DNA of 64,000 nucleotides from positions 26,461 to 90,460 of the forward strand of contig JACPGH010000006.1 of assembly GCA_016182485.1 (NCBI GenBank), read 5' to 3'. Source of the stretch: Candidatus Kaiserbacteria bacterium (GTDB lineage: Bacteria; Patescibacteriota; Minisyncoccia; Phycocordibacterales; Phycocordibacteraceae). The translations under genes and the position numbers were made by a program. The number at the start of each line of letters is the position of its first letter. Positions within the stretch are counted from its first letter, which is position 1. Shown here one piece after another: positions 10,527 through 20,239 of the stretch. The notes under the pieces were generated by a model. The model made no database searches. It was not told where the DNA came from and saw only the letters and a list, made by a program, of their open reading frames with translations.

Positions 10527-11096
10527 TTACTCGCCGGATTCCCCGCCTGCAAAGTGACCGACTCGTACCTTCGCAGGCCTGATTACCATACCGTGTATCT
10601 TCCACCCCCTTTCTAATACCGCAGTCACCACGTCGTCTCTTTCGGGAGTATCGACGATATCCCGCCCGAATGCTTCATGTATCGCAGGATCGAAGCCTTC
10701 GCCGATCTGGCCCAGCTCCTCGAGCCCGAGAGCCGAGAAAGCGCTTTCAAGCTGTTTGGCGATGGCAAGGAAGCCCTCAGGAAAACTCTCTGCCTGCCTG
10801 CCTGCCGGCAGGTGCTCCTTCGCCCGTTCGAGCGCGTCGAAAGCCGGCAAGAGCGTCTCGACCGCCCTCACTTTGCCTCTCAATTCCGATGCCTTCGTAT
10901 CGTTCTCAATTCGTTTCAGGAGATTGACATAGTCCGCCTTTGAGCGCTGCCAGCCGTCCATGTATTCCTGTTTCTCCTCTCGGCAGGCGGAGAGATCCTG
11001 CCGCAGCTTAGCAAGCTTCTCCTCTGCTCGCTCCGCGCCCACCTCCTCCTCAGCCATATCCGGCTCCATGATGATATCCTCGTTCTCGTCTTTCAT
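10527..11096 (-). CDS. grpE: Nucleotide exchange factor GrpE
   Basis: ADYVN, FDPAIHEA and GW.IHG.VIRPAKVRV motifs; next to dnaK. Confidence 0.95.
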   Translation of the reverse strand: MKDENEDIIMEPDMAEEEVGAERAEEKLAKLRQDLSACREEKQEYMDGWQRSKADYVNLLKRIENDTKASELRGKVRAVETLLPAFDALERAKEHLPAGRQAESFPEGFLAIAKQLESAFSALGLEELGQIGEGFDPAIHEAFGRDIVDTPERDDVVTAVLERGWKIHGMVIRPAKVRVGHFAGGESGE

Positions 11097-11105
11097 GTTT
11101 CAAGT

Positions 11106-11363
11106 CTACGGTTCGCCGATGATGCGCGCAACCCAAGCCTCGGCCTTGTCCACAACCGCTTTCAGAGGCGGATACCGCTGGACGTGCCGGTCTATCCAGC
11201 CACGGATCGTCACCGAATACGTCGAGAGCAAGAGGGCGCCGATGAATATGAAAAAGAACCCTTGCAGGAACGGGAGTGCGAGCCCCGCGATGCCGGCAAC
11301 GATAAAAAGAATCCCCGCGGCGATTATCAGCGCCTGTTTTACTTTTTTGGACATGCTTGGCAT
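11106..11363 (-). CDS. Small membrane protein (DUF454/PGPGW-like)
   Basis: GIAGLALPFLQG hydrophobic hairpin. Start uncertain. Confidence 0.65.
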   Translation of the reverse strand: MPSMSKKVKQALIIAAGILFIVAGIAGLALPFLQGFFFIFIGALLLSTYSVTIRGWIDRHVQRYPPLKAVVDKAEAWVARIIGEP

Positions 11364-11401
11364 GGATGCGGAGCATTGTAGCATTTCCGTACTGTTCGTT
11401 C

Positions 11402-11425
11402 ATTATAGTATTTTGCAAAATACTA
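11402..11425 (-). promoter_or_regulatory. TATAAT -10 box overlapped by a perfect 20-bp palindrome, upstream of the grpE-dnaK operon
   Basis: tagtattttgcaaaatacta at 11406-11425; attata at 11402-11407. Confidence 0.45.
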
Positions 11426-11566
11426 AAATAACCTACTCAAAAAGAGCCGCCCAGGCGCGACGGCTTTATATGTAGCTGCGGTGCTCGAACGTTTTAACGT
11501 TTGCTTCCTTCCGAATGCTCAGGATCTACGCTAACGCTTCGACCACCCTTCGCTCCGCTCAGGATG

Positions 11567-11617
11567 TCGCAAACTAACGTTTGCTCCACTTAGGCGCTTT
11601 GCGAGCCTTCTTCAAGC
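11567..11617 (-). repeat. Duplicate of the rpsI 3' end (direct repeat of 11880-11930)
   Basis: 47 of 51 nt identical; all four differences are synonymous. Confidence 0.9.
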
Positions 11618-11622
11618 GGGTG

Positions 11623-11850
11623 TTAGGCTGCGGCCGCTAATTTGCCTGAAGAGATTTTTACTGGCACGCCAGACCGCATAATACCCTGCTGAAGCTGGTT
11701 GCCGGCATCAAGCAATTCAATTCCAAGAATATTCCCCTTCTTATCAACGTCGACTATTAGACGGTCTTCCATCTCGACCGTTTTCGCAACCTTGCCCTTG
11801 CGCAAAGTCATATATATCGCGTCCGCTATTTTATCGTAGTTGATTTTCAT
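11623..11850 (-). CDS. DUF2283-like small protein
   Basis: MKINYDKIADAIY...VDVDKKGNILGIELLDA pattern. Confidence 0.8.
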   Translation of the reverse strand: MKINYDKIADAIYMTLRKGKVAKTVEMEDRLIVDVDKKGNILGIELLDAGNQLQQGIMRSGVPVKISSGKLAAAA

Positions 11851-11886
11851 AGATAGTATGCGGTGCTGATTAGCGTTTTTCGCAAA

Positions 11887-12285
11887 CTAACGTTTGCTCC
11901 ACTTCGGGGCTTTGCGGGCTTTCTTCAAGCCTGGCTTCTTGCGCTCTTTGGCGCGCGGATCTCGGGTCAAGAACCGAATGGCTTTGAGCGTTTTGCGCGT
12001 GTTCGGCTCCGCTTTTATGAGCGCGCGCGAAATCGCGTGTCGCACGGCGTCTGCCTGTGCCGCGATGCCCCCGCCCTCGACATGCGCAATAACGGCATAA
12101 TGCTCCGCGCTTTCGGCTTTTGCGAGCGCCTCCTCGGCTATTTTGGCGCGCTCATCCGTCTTGAAATAATCTTTCGGGTTCTTGCCATTCACGATAAGGC
12201 TCCCCTTAGGGGAGGCAACCAAACGCACGCTCGCAATAGCTGTCTTACGGCGTCCGACGGCGGTGATGAAATGTTTAGACGGCAT
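11887..12285 (-). CDS. rpsI: 30S ribosomal protein S9
   Basis: GRRKTAIASV, GGGIAAQADA and ERKKPGLKKARKAPKWSKR. Confidence 0.97.
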   Translation of the reverse strand: MPSKHFITAVGRRKTAIASVRLVASPKGSLIVNGKNPKDYFKTDERAKIAEEALAKAESAEHYAVIAHVEGGGIAAQADAVRHAISRALIKAEPNTRKTLKAIRFLTRDPRAKERKKPGLKKARKAPKWSKR

Positions 12286-12289
12286 AAGT

Positions 12290-12661
12290 TTATTCTTTAA
12301 CAACGAGATTCTTCATGCGCGGCGCGCGCAGCTTGTTGCGGGGGATCATCCCGTCCACGGTCTTCTTTACCACTTCCGCTATGCCTTTTTTGGCGATCAT
12401 CTCCTCCATTGTGATGGAATAAAGCCCGCCGGGATAACCGGTATAGCGCGTATACACTTTGCCCTTGATGCGGCGGTTCGGGAGATAGAGCTTGCCTGCG
12501 TTTTCGATAACGACTTTGATCGGCAGCGCCTGGTTCTTGGCGAAGTGCACCGACCGCTTGCCGAGGAGCGCATGCGCCGCCTCGCTCGCAACGCGGCCAA
12601 GCGTGCGGTCAGTCGCATCGATGACATGGGTACTGGCGGCTGGTTTTTGGTTGCTAGTCAT
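12290..12661 (-). CDS. rplM: 50S ribosomal protein L13
   Basis: IDA...LGRVAS and YTGYPGGL motifs. Confidence 0.96.
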   Translation of the reverse strand: MTSNQKPAASTHVIDATDRTLGRVASEAAHALLGKRSVHFAKNQALPIKVVIENAGKLYLPNRRIKGKVYTRYTGYPGGLYSITMEEMIAKKGIAEVVKKTVDGMIPRNKLRAPRMKNLVVKE

Positions 12662-12679
12662 AGCGATACAGTATGGATA

Positions 12680-13032
12680 CTAAACAAATGAAATGAACGC
12701 AAGCTTGCGGGCGTCGTTCGTGCCGCGCTTGCCGCGCTTCACGACGCGAGTGTAGCCTCCGTCCCTATTCGCGTATCGGGGGCCGATGGACTCAAACAGC
12801 TTCTTAACCGCCGCCTCGAACCGAGGCGAGCTTTCGTAAGCCGGCGGCTCGCAAGCGTATTCTTCTTGGCGTAGGTCACGAGGCGCTCCACGAACGGCCG
12901 AAGCGCCTTGGCCTTGGCCTCCGTGGTCGAGATACGCTCCTCAATGACGAGGGAGCGAGCCAGCGAACGCATGAGCGCCAGGTTCTGATTATGCGAGCGT
13001 CCGAATTTCCGCGCTTTCTTAGTGAATGCCAT
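12680..13032 (-). CDS. rplQ: 50S ribosomal protein L17 with an apparent 1-nt frameshift near 12816
   Basis: N-terminal [18 protein letters not shown]; the C-terminal part [25 protein letters not shown]...FV* is in another frame. Span of 353 nt is not a multiple of 3. Confidence 0.88.
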
Positions 13033-13037
13033 GGTGA

Positions 13038-14000
13038 TTATTCGCCCTTGAGCGAGAGGCCGAAGCGGGCGAGCGCCGTATTTATCTCTTCGACTGCTTT
13101 ATCCCCGATGCCATCAAGCTCCTTGAGCGCGGCCGCCGATTTGCGCGCGAGACCTGGCGCGCTCTTAATGCCCGCGCCTTCGAGCGCGGAAGCGACTCGC
13201 GAGGAGAGGCCGAGTTCAGAGAGCTTCACTTTCGCCGGCCCGTTAGACGGGCCGGCGTCCTCCGTAGCCTTGGCGTAGGAGGACTGTTCGGTATTTCCAG
13301 ACAACGGCTCGCTCTCCTGGAAACCGATGATCGACTTGAGCTGGTGGATCATCGTTTCTATGGAGCGTTCGAGCGCCTCGCGCGGCCCTACCGTGCCGTT
13401 CGTTTCGATAAGGATGCGCAGGCGGTTGAAATCGGTGCGGTCGCCGACGCGCATGTTGTCTACCTCGTAATTCACGCGGCGTATCGGAGTGAAGGTGGCG
13501 TCGAGCGCGATAGTGCCGATATCTACCTTCTCTTTCGTAAGCACCTCGCGCGGCACGTAGCCCAGCCCGCGCTCCACTGTCGCCTCGAGCTCGAGCGTCG
13601 CCTTGCCCGAGAGGTCGGCTATATGCTGCTCCGGATTCCTTATCTCAACCTGGCTCGGAAGCTTGAAATCCTTGGCGGTGATTTCTCCCGTGCCCTTTGC
13701 GATCAAGCTGATATTCTGCGGCTCGTCGCCGTGCAGTACGAAATGGATGCGCTTCAAGTTCAGTAGGATCTCCATAACGGTCTCGCGCACGCCGTCAATG
13801 GTGGCGAATTCATGCGGCACTCCCTCGATCTTCACGCGAGTGATGGCCGCGCCTGGCAAGGAAGAAAGGATTATGCGGCGCAGGCTGTTGCCAAGCGTGT
13901 GCCCGTAACCCGGATAAAGAGAATCTATCTCGTAAACGCCCTGCATGTCCTCTTCGGACACGATGCGGGGCTTGGAAGGAAGCGTGATGTGGTATTCCAT
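13038..14000 (-). CDS. rpoA: RNA polymerase alpha subunit
   Basis: GYGHTLGNSLRRIILSS, HEF and DATFTPI motifs. Confidence 0.98.
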   Translation of the reverse strand: MEYHITLPSKPRIVSEEDMQGVYEIDSLYPGYGHTLGNSLRRIILSSLPGAAITRVKIEGVPHEFATIDGVRETVMEILLNLKRIHFVLHGDEPQNISLIAKGTGEITAKDFKLPSQVEIRNPEQHIADLSGKATLELEATVERGLGYVPREVLTKEKVDIGTIALDATFTPIRRVNYEVDNMRVGDRTDFNRLRILIETNGTVGPREALERSIETMIHQLKSIIGFQESEPLSGNTEQSSYAKATEDAGPSNGPAKVKLSELGLSSRVASALEGAGIKSAPGLARKSAAALKELDGIGDKAVEEINTALARFGLSLKGE

Positions 14001-14063
14001 AACTCAATCGGTTACCGTTACATTTTTTAATAACTTTAAATATTTAAATATTTAAATATTTAA

Positions 14064-14678
14064 TTATCTCGTATAGAACGAGAGCACGGAGCCCAAGTCT
14101 CCGGCAGGATCGGCGGAAGTCGCCGTCGGCCGCTCGATGATCGAGCCCTCCATCGCCTTGGGATTCCATGCCAGCCACGAGGGAACGGGTCGCTCCGCGA
14201 AGCGCTCGGCGAAACCGGCAAGCATGCCGTGGTTCTTCGAGCCGTCCCGGATCGAAATGCGATCGCCTACATAAAGCTGCTGAGAAGGCACGCGGGTTTT
14301 TTTTGCGTTGATCATGAGATGCCCGTGCGCGACCATCTGCCGCGCGCCTCGCCTCGTCGAAGCGAGACCGAGCCGCCACGCCACATTGTCGAGACGTGTC
14401 TCGAGAAGCTCATGCAGCTGGTCGATTGGCCGCTCGCCGCGCGCGGCGAGCGCCTTGCGCACGTAGTTGCGGAACTGTCGCTCAGTAACGCCGTAGGTGA
14501 CGCGCACCTTTTGCTTTTCGAGCATCTGTTTGCCGTATTCGCTTTGGCGGCCGCCGCGGCTGCGCTTTTTGTTCTTCGCACTGCGGTCAGCAGAGAGCGC
14601 AAATTTCTGCGTCTGCGCCTTTTCGAAAACACTCGCTCCCAATCGTTTCGCTACCTTGTATCTTGGACCTGTTTTCAT
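14064..14678 (-). CDS. rpsD: 30S ribosomal protein S4
   Basis: SEYGKQMLEKQK, LETRLDN and ARQMVAHGH. Confidence 0.97.
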   Translation of the reverse strand: MKTGPRYKVAKRLGASVFEKAQTQKFALSADRSAKNKKRSRGGRQSEYGKQMLEKQKVRVTYGVTERQFRNYVRKALAARGERPIDQLHELLETRLDNVAWRLGLASTRRGARQMVAHGHLMINAKKTRVPSQQLYVGDRISIRDGSKNHGMLAGFAERFAERPVPSWLAWNPKAMEGSIIERPTATSADPAGDLGSVLSFYTR

Positions 14679-14701
14679 GATGTTGTGTAAGACGGCTTGG
14701 C

Positions 14702-15136
14702 CTATACTCGGCGAGGCTTAGGCGGCCGCGGTCCGTTATGCGGCACAGGAGTGGCATCCTTTATGGAATGGACCTGGATGCCTTTGTTCGAGAATGCTCG
14801 CAGGACCGATTCTCGGCCGGCGCCGACCCCACGGATGACGACCGAGGCTTCTTTAAGACCGATCATTGCCCCCTTTTCGCCCAGGAATTCTCCCACTTTT
14901 GCCGCTGCGTAGGGAGTCGACTTGCGCGCTCCGGAAAAGCCGAGCGCGCCGGCGCTCGATGAGACGATGACGTTTCCCTTTTCGTCCGTAAGCACGGCCT
15001 TCGTATTGTTGAAGGTCGCCTCGATATGCAAGACGCCCTTTTCGAGGTGCCGTTTCGTGATTTTAGAAAGGGCGCGCTCCTTGCGGCCCTGGTCCAGGCC
15101 CTTGCCGCTTTTCTTGATTATACGTTTTTTCCCCAT
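14702..15136 (-). CDS. rpsK: 30S ribosomal protein S11
   Basis: ATFNNT, KSTPYAA and TPVPHNG. Confidence 0.97.
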   Translation of the reverse strand: MGKKRIIKKSGKGLDQGRKERALSKITKRHLEKGVLHIEATFNNTKAVLTDEKGNVIVSSSAGALGFSGARKSTPYAAAKVGEFLGEKGAMIGLKEASVVIRGVGAGRESVLRAFSNKGIQVHSIKDATPVPHNGPRPPKPRRV

Positions 15137-15170
15137 GTTTAATTAGGCTCTAGGCGTTAGGCTTTAGGCA

Positions 15171-15551
15171 CTAGGTTTTTTCCAAAGTGCGACGGCCGGA
15201 GGTCATCGTCTTACGGACGTTGCCGCGGCGCGTGCGGGAATTGGTCTTCGTCCGCTGGCCTCGCACAGGCAAGCCGCGCGAGTGCCGTTCGCCGCGATGC
15301 GAGTGGATATCCTTGAGCCGCTTGATATTCTGCCCGATTTCCCGGCGCAGTTCCCCTTCGATCGTATACGACTCTGCGAGAGAGCGAACGCGCTGTTCCT
15401 CTTCGCCGGAAAGTTCGCTTCCTTTTTTCGTCGGCGCGATTCCGGCTTTCTCCAGAATGTCCTGCGCGCGCGCAGGCCCAATGCCGTAAATCAAGGGCAG
15501 CGCATACGCGAGCTGCTTGTTATCGGGGATGGTGACTCCGGAAATTCTCAT
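15171..15551 (-). CDS. rpsM: 30S ribosomal protein S13
   Basis: IYGIG and GLPVRGQRTKTNSRT. Confidence 0.97.
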   Translation of the reverse strand: MRISGVTIPDNKQLAYALPLIYGIGPARAQDILEKAGIAPTKKGSELSGEEEQRVRSLAESYTIEGELRREIGQNIKRLKDIHSHRGERHSRGLPVRGQRTKTNSRTRRGNVRKTMTSGRRTLEKT

Positions 15552-15591
15552 ATTTTGAAAATTGAAAATTGATATTTGAAAATTTTATACG

Positions 15592-15708
15592 TTAGCCCTG
15601 GCGAGCCTTGCGGCGAGGCTTCTTTTTATTCACGCGATACAGCCGCCCGTTCCGACGGACGAGCTGGTCTCCCGGCTGCTGCACCTTGATCGACGCTCTA
15701 ACTTTCAT
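15592..15708 (-). CDS. rpmJ: 50S ribosomal protein L36, Cys-free (zinc-independent) type
   Basis: Manual translation [38 protein letters not shown], located between infA and rpsM. Not in the ORF track. Confidence 0.92.
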   Translation of the reverse strand: MKVRASIKVQQPGDQLVRRNGRLYRVNKKKPRRKARQG

Positions 15709-15738
15709 TGGATGTAATTAATTGGACTTTATTGGCCA

Positions 15739-15984
15739 CTAAGTGAGCCTGCGCACGATACGCGCCCGTCCCCCATATGGGTCGAGCACCATCTCGACGC
15801 GGTCTCCCACTAAAACCCGTATTCGATGGAGTCGCATCTTGCCCGCCAAATACGCGAGCATTAGCTCTCCCTCCGCCTCGGTTTCGTCAGTACCTTCCCT
15901 AGGGACGCGAACACGAAAAAGCGAGTCAGGCAAAACCTCCTCAACGGTTCCTACCGCCGTCTTTGTTCCATCGGTTTCGCTCAT
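15739..15984 (-). CDS. infA: Translation initiation factor IF-1
   Basis: [11 protein letters not shown] and [18 protein letters not shown]. Confidence 0.95.
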   Translation of the reverse strand: MSETDGTKTAVGTVEEVLPDSLFRVRVPREGTDETEAEGELMLAYLAGKMRLHRIRVLVGDRVEMVLDPYGGRARIVRRLT

Positions 15985-16036
15985 TTGCGCATTCCCATGT
16001 GGTACTTCGATACTGTAGCAAGTCTAGTAGAAATCG

Positions 16037-17266
16037 TCAATTTCCGCTGCCCACTACCCGTATAGAGATTGCCGCCGGATCCTCCGGGAAAGTCGTCCTC
16101 CAGAATGGCCGCAGGACGATGACCGCGCGTTTGACTTCCGGATAATTCGTGATGGCCACCTCGGCCGCCGACTTCGACTTCCCGGAAACCGATGCGGCGA
16201 TCCGGGCAGAATCTATCGCGTATACGAGAGAGGCGGTGCCGGAGAGCGTGAATGAAAATGGCGCGTCGGATGCCGTCGGGATCTCGTCCGCCACGAGCGT
16301 AAGATTCGACGCCGAAGCCAGCGTGATCGGCTCTCCCTGATATTCGAGCCCGGCGATGGACAAGCCGATCGCTCGCGCGAGCGCCTCGTCCCTAAATACG
16401 ACTGCGCGGATAATACCCTTCTCTTTTACGTCCACCATCCCTGTCGTGGCCCCAGGCGTTGATGGCACCGCCTCGAATGCCGTCGCCGCCGCTCCGGGCA
16501 GGAGCACATATTTGGTAGACGCGCTTTCTGAGAGGGTGTTCACTTCTGCGGTGAGAGCCTTGGTCAGATCCGGCCCCAGCGCCGCGATAAGAGAGGCGCG
16601 CGTTTTTTCTAGAACGGCAGGATCCACGACGGGCACGGCGCCGGAAGCGCCGCCAGTCATGGCAACGGTCGAGCGAGCATAGACCTGAGACGCCTGTGCA
16701 GTCCCGGCGAACCCGGGGATGGTGAAGGAGGCGGGCCCGACGTTGTAGGCAGGACCCGGCTGATCAGCATAGACCGTGACTGCCTTGGCTCCGGGCTTCA
16801 CGGTCGTCCCAGCTGGAATAGTCACTTCAGACCGTATGCGGAAAATGAGGCCGGTGGGCGCCGCAAATCGAGTGTTCGCTACTAGAGTCTGAGGCTTCGA
16901 TTGCGTATTGTAGATAGTGAGAGTTCCGGAGGCCGGAGAGCTCTCGGTCTTGCTGCCGCTCGACGCGACGCTCTGGGAAGCGACCTTCTCGACGGTGATA
17001 ACTTCATACGGCAGGTCGCCCGACGGGGTCGCGGTGAAGGTGTTCTGCACGGCCGCAGAGATGGAGCTCGGGGTGATCTCCACCTTAGCGGTCGAGAAAT
17101 AAAAGAGAACGCCGACTGAGACGGCGATGACGAAAAGGATGGCGAGAAGCGAGGTGTGGGAGAAACGCGGCGGCCGCTTGGCCACGATAAGCGGTTCCGC
17201 CCGGCGACCTTCTCCCTCCCCGTCCTTGCGCCGCGACGGCGGCACGATGTCATTCAATGTACGCAT
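16037..17266 (-). CDS. Membrane-anchored protein with baseplate-J-like segment (CPR-type conserved hypothetical)
   Basis: Single TM, then ASGTLTIYN...LVANTRF...VYADQPGPAYNV. Confidence 0.65.
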   Translation of the reverse strand: MRTLNDIVPPSRRKDGEGEGRRAEPLIVAKRPPRFSHTSLLAILFVIAVSVGVLFYFSTAKVEITPSSISAAVQNTFTATPSGDLPYEVITVEKVASQSVASSGSKTESSPASGTLTIYNTQSKPQTLVANTRFAAPTGLIFRIRSEVTIPAGTTVKPGAKAVTVYADQPGPAYNVGPASFTIPGFAGTAQASQVYARSTVAMTGGASGAVPVVDPAVLEKTRASLIAALGPDLTKALTAEVNTLSESASTKYVLLPGAAATAFEAVPSTPGATTGMVDVKEKGIIRAVVFRDEALARAIGLSIAGLEYQGEPITLASASNLTLVADEIPTASDAPFSFTLSGTASLVYAIDSARIAASVSGKSKSAAEVAITNYPEVKRAVIVLRPFWRTTFPEDPAAISIRVVGSGN

Positions 17267-17302
17267 ATGCGATGATTATATCACTCAAATTCTTGCAAGA
17301 TG

Positions 17303-18265
17303 TCAGCTTGCGTGGAGGGCCATCAGGAGGAGCGAGAGGTCGGGGGGCGTGGTGGGAACATGCTGGACGTAGCTCGCCAGGTGACTTGGGCGCACAGAAA
17401 CCGTTTTTATAATGAGCCCGAGCGGAGCCGGTAGTCGATTCTCACTGTCCCGTTCCAGCACGAAGAGGGTTCCGGGAAGGGCGTAGCCGTTCCGCAGAGT
17501 TTTAAGCTCATGCTCCAGGATCTCATCGTCAGTTACGGCAGAGAGAGAGACTGGGACGCCGTCGTGAATGAGCATCAGGGACGGTTCCGCGCTCATTAAG
17601 TCGAGAAGAGCTGCGTTCTGCTCGTGCGTGAATATTCTCCGTAACGCCTGATGCCTCAACGAACCGCTCGATACGAGAGAGATGTTTTCTATGTGGAAGA
17701 GATTGCGTAAGCAGATGGCGATATCTTCCGCAACCTCCCTGCGTACTTTGGAGGCGAGGGCGACGACGGTCGCGCGGCTCGCTTCCTTGCCGTAGGGTTC
17801 CCGCGTTACATAACCGTTCAGTACAGCCCCGATAATATCCTCGTCCGCGAGCATCTCCTCCGGTTCGAGCGGCATGTCAGAGAACGCGTCGGCTATGAGC
17901 TCCTCGCTGAAGACGATCGGCTCATTCGGATAAAATTGTTTCGAATGCATCTCAACGCTCGCCCAGGGTGCATCGACGGACGCCATGATCGCGTCCGCGG
18001 AGCCGCTGCCAGTGGCGCGCGCCATGTGCGGCGCTCCTTCTCGGATCAAAGTCTCTCCGAGCAAGTGCAGAGTGCGCAGCATAGCTCGCTCGATGGGCTC
18101 GTGCTTGTGTGAGCCTATTTCTATCCGGTGCACGGACAGGACCGACGGCCTTTCGCCTTCCCTATAGGACACGTAGGCACCGGCGACCGATTCCGGGCCG
18201 ATGTCTATCAGAACTTTATTGAGAGAATCCCTTTTTTTCGGCAGGATCGCCGTCAAAAAGCGCAT
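17303..18265 (-). CDS. Hypothetical protein, possibly actin-like (FtsA/PilM-like) fold
   Basis: N-terminal LIDIGPESVAG motif; paired with the 16037 gene. Confidence 0.5.
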   Translation of the reverse strand: MRFLTAILPKKRDSLNKVLIDIGPESVAGAYVSYREGERPSVLSVHRIEIGSHKHEPIERAMLRTLHLLGETLIREGAPHMARATGSGSADAIMASVDAPWASVEMHSKQFYPNEPIVFSEELIADAFSDMPLEPEEMLADEDIIGAVLNGYVTREPYGKEASRATVVALASKVRREVAEDIAICLRNLFHIENISLVSSGSLRHQALRRIFTHEQNAALLDLMSAEPSLMLIHDGVPVSLSAVTDDEILEHELKTLRNGYALPGTLFVLERDSENRLPAPLGLIIKTVSVRPSHLASYVQHVPTTPPDLSLLLMALHAS

Positions 18266-18333
18266 GTGGTAATTCTAACATCCCTTCTTCGCCTGAGGCT
18301 TCGGATGGGCACGGCAAGGCGTCGAAGGGCACG

Positions 18334-20220
18334 CTAAGCAAGCACCGCTTTTATCCTGCGCACGCCGGCTGAAGAAGCTTCTTCTTTAATTATCTTGAAT
18401 GTAGCCTTCCGATAAGAATCGTCGGGCTCTCGAATACTCGCTAGCTCGCGAGTATTCTCGACATGCGGCCCGCCGCAAAACTCAATGGAAAATGCGGAGT
18501 CGAGCGGTCCTACTGAATATACGCTCACCTGCTCGGGATACGCCGCCCCGAACTCATGCTCCGCGCCGAGTTTCTCCGCTTCGGCTTTCGGCATTTCCGT
18601 GCGGACGATCGGGAGGCCTTCGGCAATTTTTGCATTCACGATCTCTTCCACTCTTTGGATCTGTTCCGGCGTCATTTTAGCTCCATAGGCGAAGTCAATG
18701 CGCAGCCGCTCGCTCGTGATATTCGATCCGCGCTGATGCACGTCCGGGCCGAGCACTATCTGCAAGGCTTTAAGCAATAAGTGGTGCGCCGTGTGATATT
18801 TGACCGTCTGCTCCGCATGGTCGGCGAGCCCGCCAGCGAACTTCTGCGCGGCGCCTGCCCGTGAGAGCGTCTGATGGTCTTTCATTTTCGCCTGGACAGC
18901 CGCCATGTCGAGCGCGATGCCGCGTTCCGTAACGATCTCCTCGGTAAGCTCCACCGGAAATCCATACGTAGTAAAAAGCATAAAGGCATCAATCTCTTTC
19001 CCCATCTTCTCGAGCTCTCGGAGACCGTTCGCGAGCGTCTTTCTGAACTGCGCTTCCTCGCGCTCGAGTTCGTCGCGGATTATGCCCCCAGCCTCCTGCA
19101 CGAACGGATACTGCTCCGCATAGGCCGCGGCGAATCCTTGCCCCACTTCTGCTAGCACAGCGTCCTTGATCCCGAGCCTATCTGTTTCTCGTATTGCACG
19201 GCGGATAAGGCGGCGCAATACGTATCCTTGTTCGGTATTAGATGGCCGAATCCCGCTCGCTATCATAAATACTGCCGCCCGGACATGATCCAGCACGATA
19301 CGGAACGAGCGAATCGCCCCCTCATATTTTTTTCCTGACCGTTCTTCAAGTACGCCTCGCGGCATATTGAATACATCACCCGCATACAGATCCGAAGTAC
19401 CGACCGTTGTCGCAGCCAGCCTCTCGAGACCGCCGCCAAAATCCACGTTCCGATTCGGGAGTTCACCGAACGTTCCGTCAGGATTCTTGATGTATTGCAT
19501 GAACACCGAATTGCCTATTTCAATGAACCTGCCGCAATCGCAATTCGGGTGGCATTCCCCGCCCCACTTTGGGTCGTGCGGCGTGCCAAAGTCGTAGAAA
19601 ACTTCTGAATCCGGCCCTCCCGGCTCGCCGGGAGGCATTTTCTCAGGAACGCCCGCGCGGCTCCACCAATTTTTGGCGCTATACGAGAAAATGCGTCCAT
19701 TCTGCATTCCTTTTCTGTACCCCTCTTCTTCTGTGCCAATGCGTACTAGTTGCGCGTCAATCTCCTTTGCTTTGAACAAGCGCTGCCAGATCTCAACAGA
19801 TTCTGTATCGAGACCGATGCCCGTCTCTGGGTCGCCGTCAAAAACGGTTACATATATTTTTTGAGGATCGAATCCCAAACCCTCCTGGGGGTCTGTCAAA
19901 AATTCGAAAATCCATGGAAGTTGTTCTTGTTTGAAATAATCGCCAAGCGACCAATTTCCCAGCATTTCAAAAAAGGTCAGGTGACGATTATCCCCCACTT
20001 CTTCTATATCGCCGGTGCGTACGGCCATTTGTGAATCGGCCAATCGAGTTCCCAGCGGATGCGGCTGGCCGAGGAGATACGGCACTAAAGGCTGCATGCC
20101 GCTTGAAGTAAAAAGCGTCGTGGGATCGTTCTCCGGCACGATAGGCGCCGACGGGATGATGGCATGCCCTCGTTTTTTGAAAAAGTCAAGATAGCGCTTC
20201 CGTACCTCTGCGATGGTCAT
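18334..20220 (-). CDS. alaS: Alanine--tRNA ligase, short form ending after the editing domain
   Basis: FTSSGMQP, HLTFFEMLGNWS, HTAHHLL, EFCGGPHV; ends at GVRRIKAVL. Confidence 0.96.
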   Translation of the reverse strand: MTIAEVRKRYLDFFKKRGHAIIPSAPIVPENDPTTLFTSSGMQPLVPYLLGQPHPLGTRLADSQMAVRTGDIEEVGDNRHLTFFEMLGNWSLGDYFKQEQLPWIFEFLTDPQEGLGFDPQKIYVTVFDGDPETGIGLDTESVEIWQRLFKAKEIDAQLVRIGTEEEGYRKGMQNGRIFSYSAKNWWSRAGVPEKMPPGEPGGPDSEVFYDFGTPHDPKWGGECHPNCDCGRFIEIGNSVFMQYIKNPDGTFGELPNRNVDFGGGLERLAATTVGTSDLYAGDVFNMPRGVLEERSGKKYEGAIRSFRIVLDHVRAAVFMIASGIRPSNTEQGYVLRRLIRRAIRETDRLGIKDAVLAEVGQGFAAAYAEQYPFVQEAGGIIRDELEREEAQFRKTLANGLRELEKMGKEIDAFMLFTTYGFPVELTEEIVTERGIALDMAAVQAKMKDHQTLSRAGAAQKFAGGLADHAEQTVKYHTAHHLLLKALQIVLGPDVHQRGSNITSERLRIDFAYGAKMTPEQIQRVEEIVNAKIAEGLPIVRTEMPKAEAEKLGAEHEFGAAYPEQVSVYSVGPLDSAFSIEFCGGPHVENTRELASIREPDDSYRKATFKIIKEEASSAGVRRIKAVLA

Positions 20221-20239
20221 AGGAGAAACGATACCACGG

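Noticed and set aside
16037-17266. Baseplate-J-like protein as a prophage marker
   Set aside because: It is membrane-anchored, sits among housekeeping genes and has no other phage genes around it.
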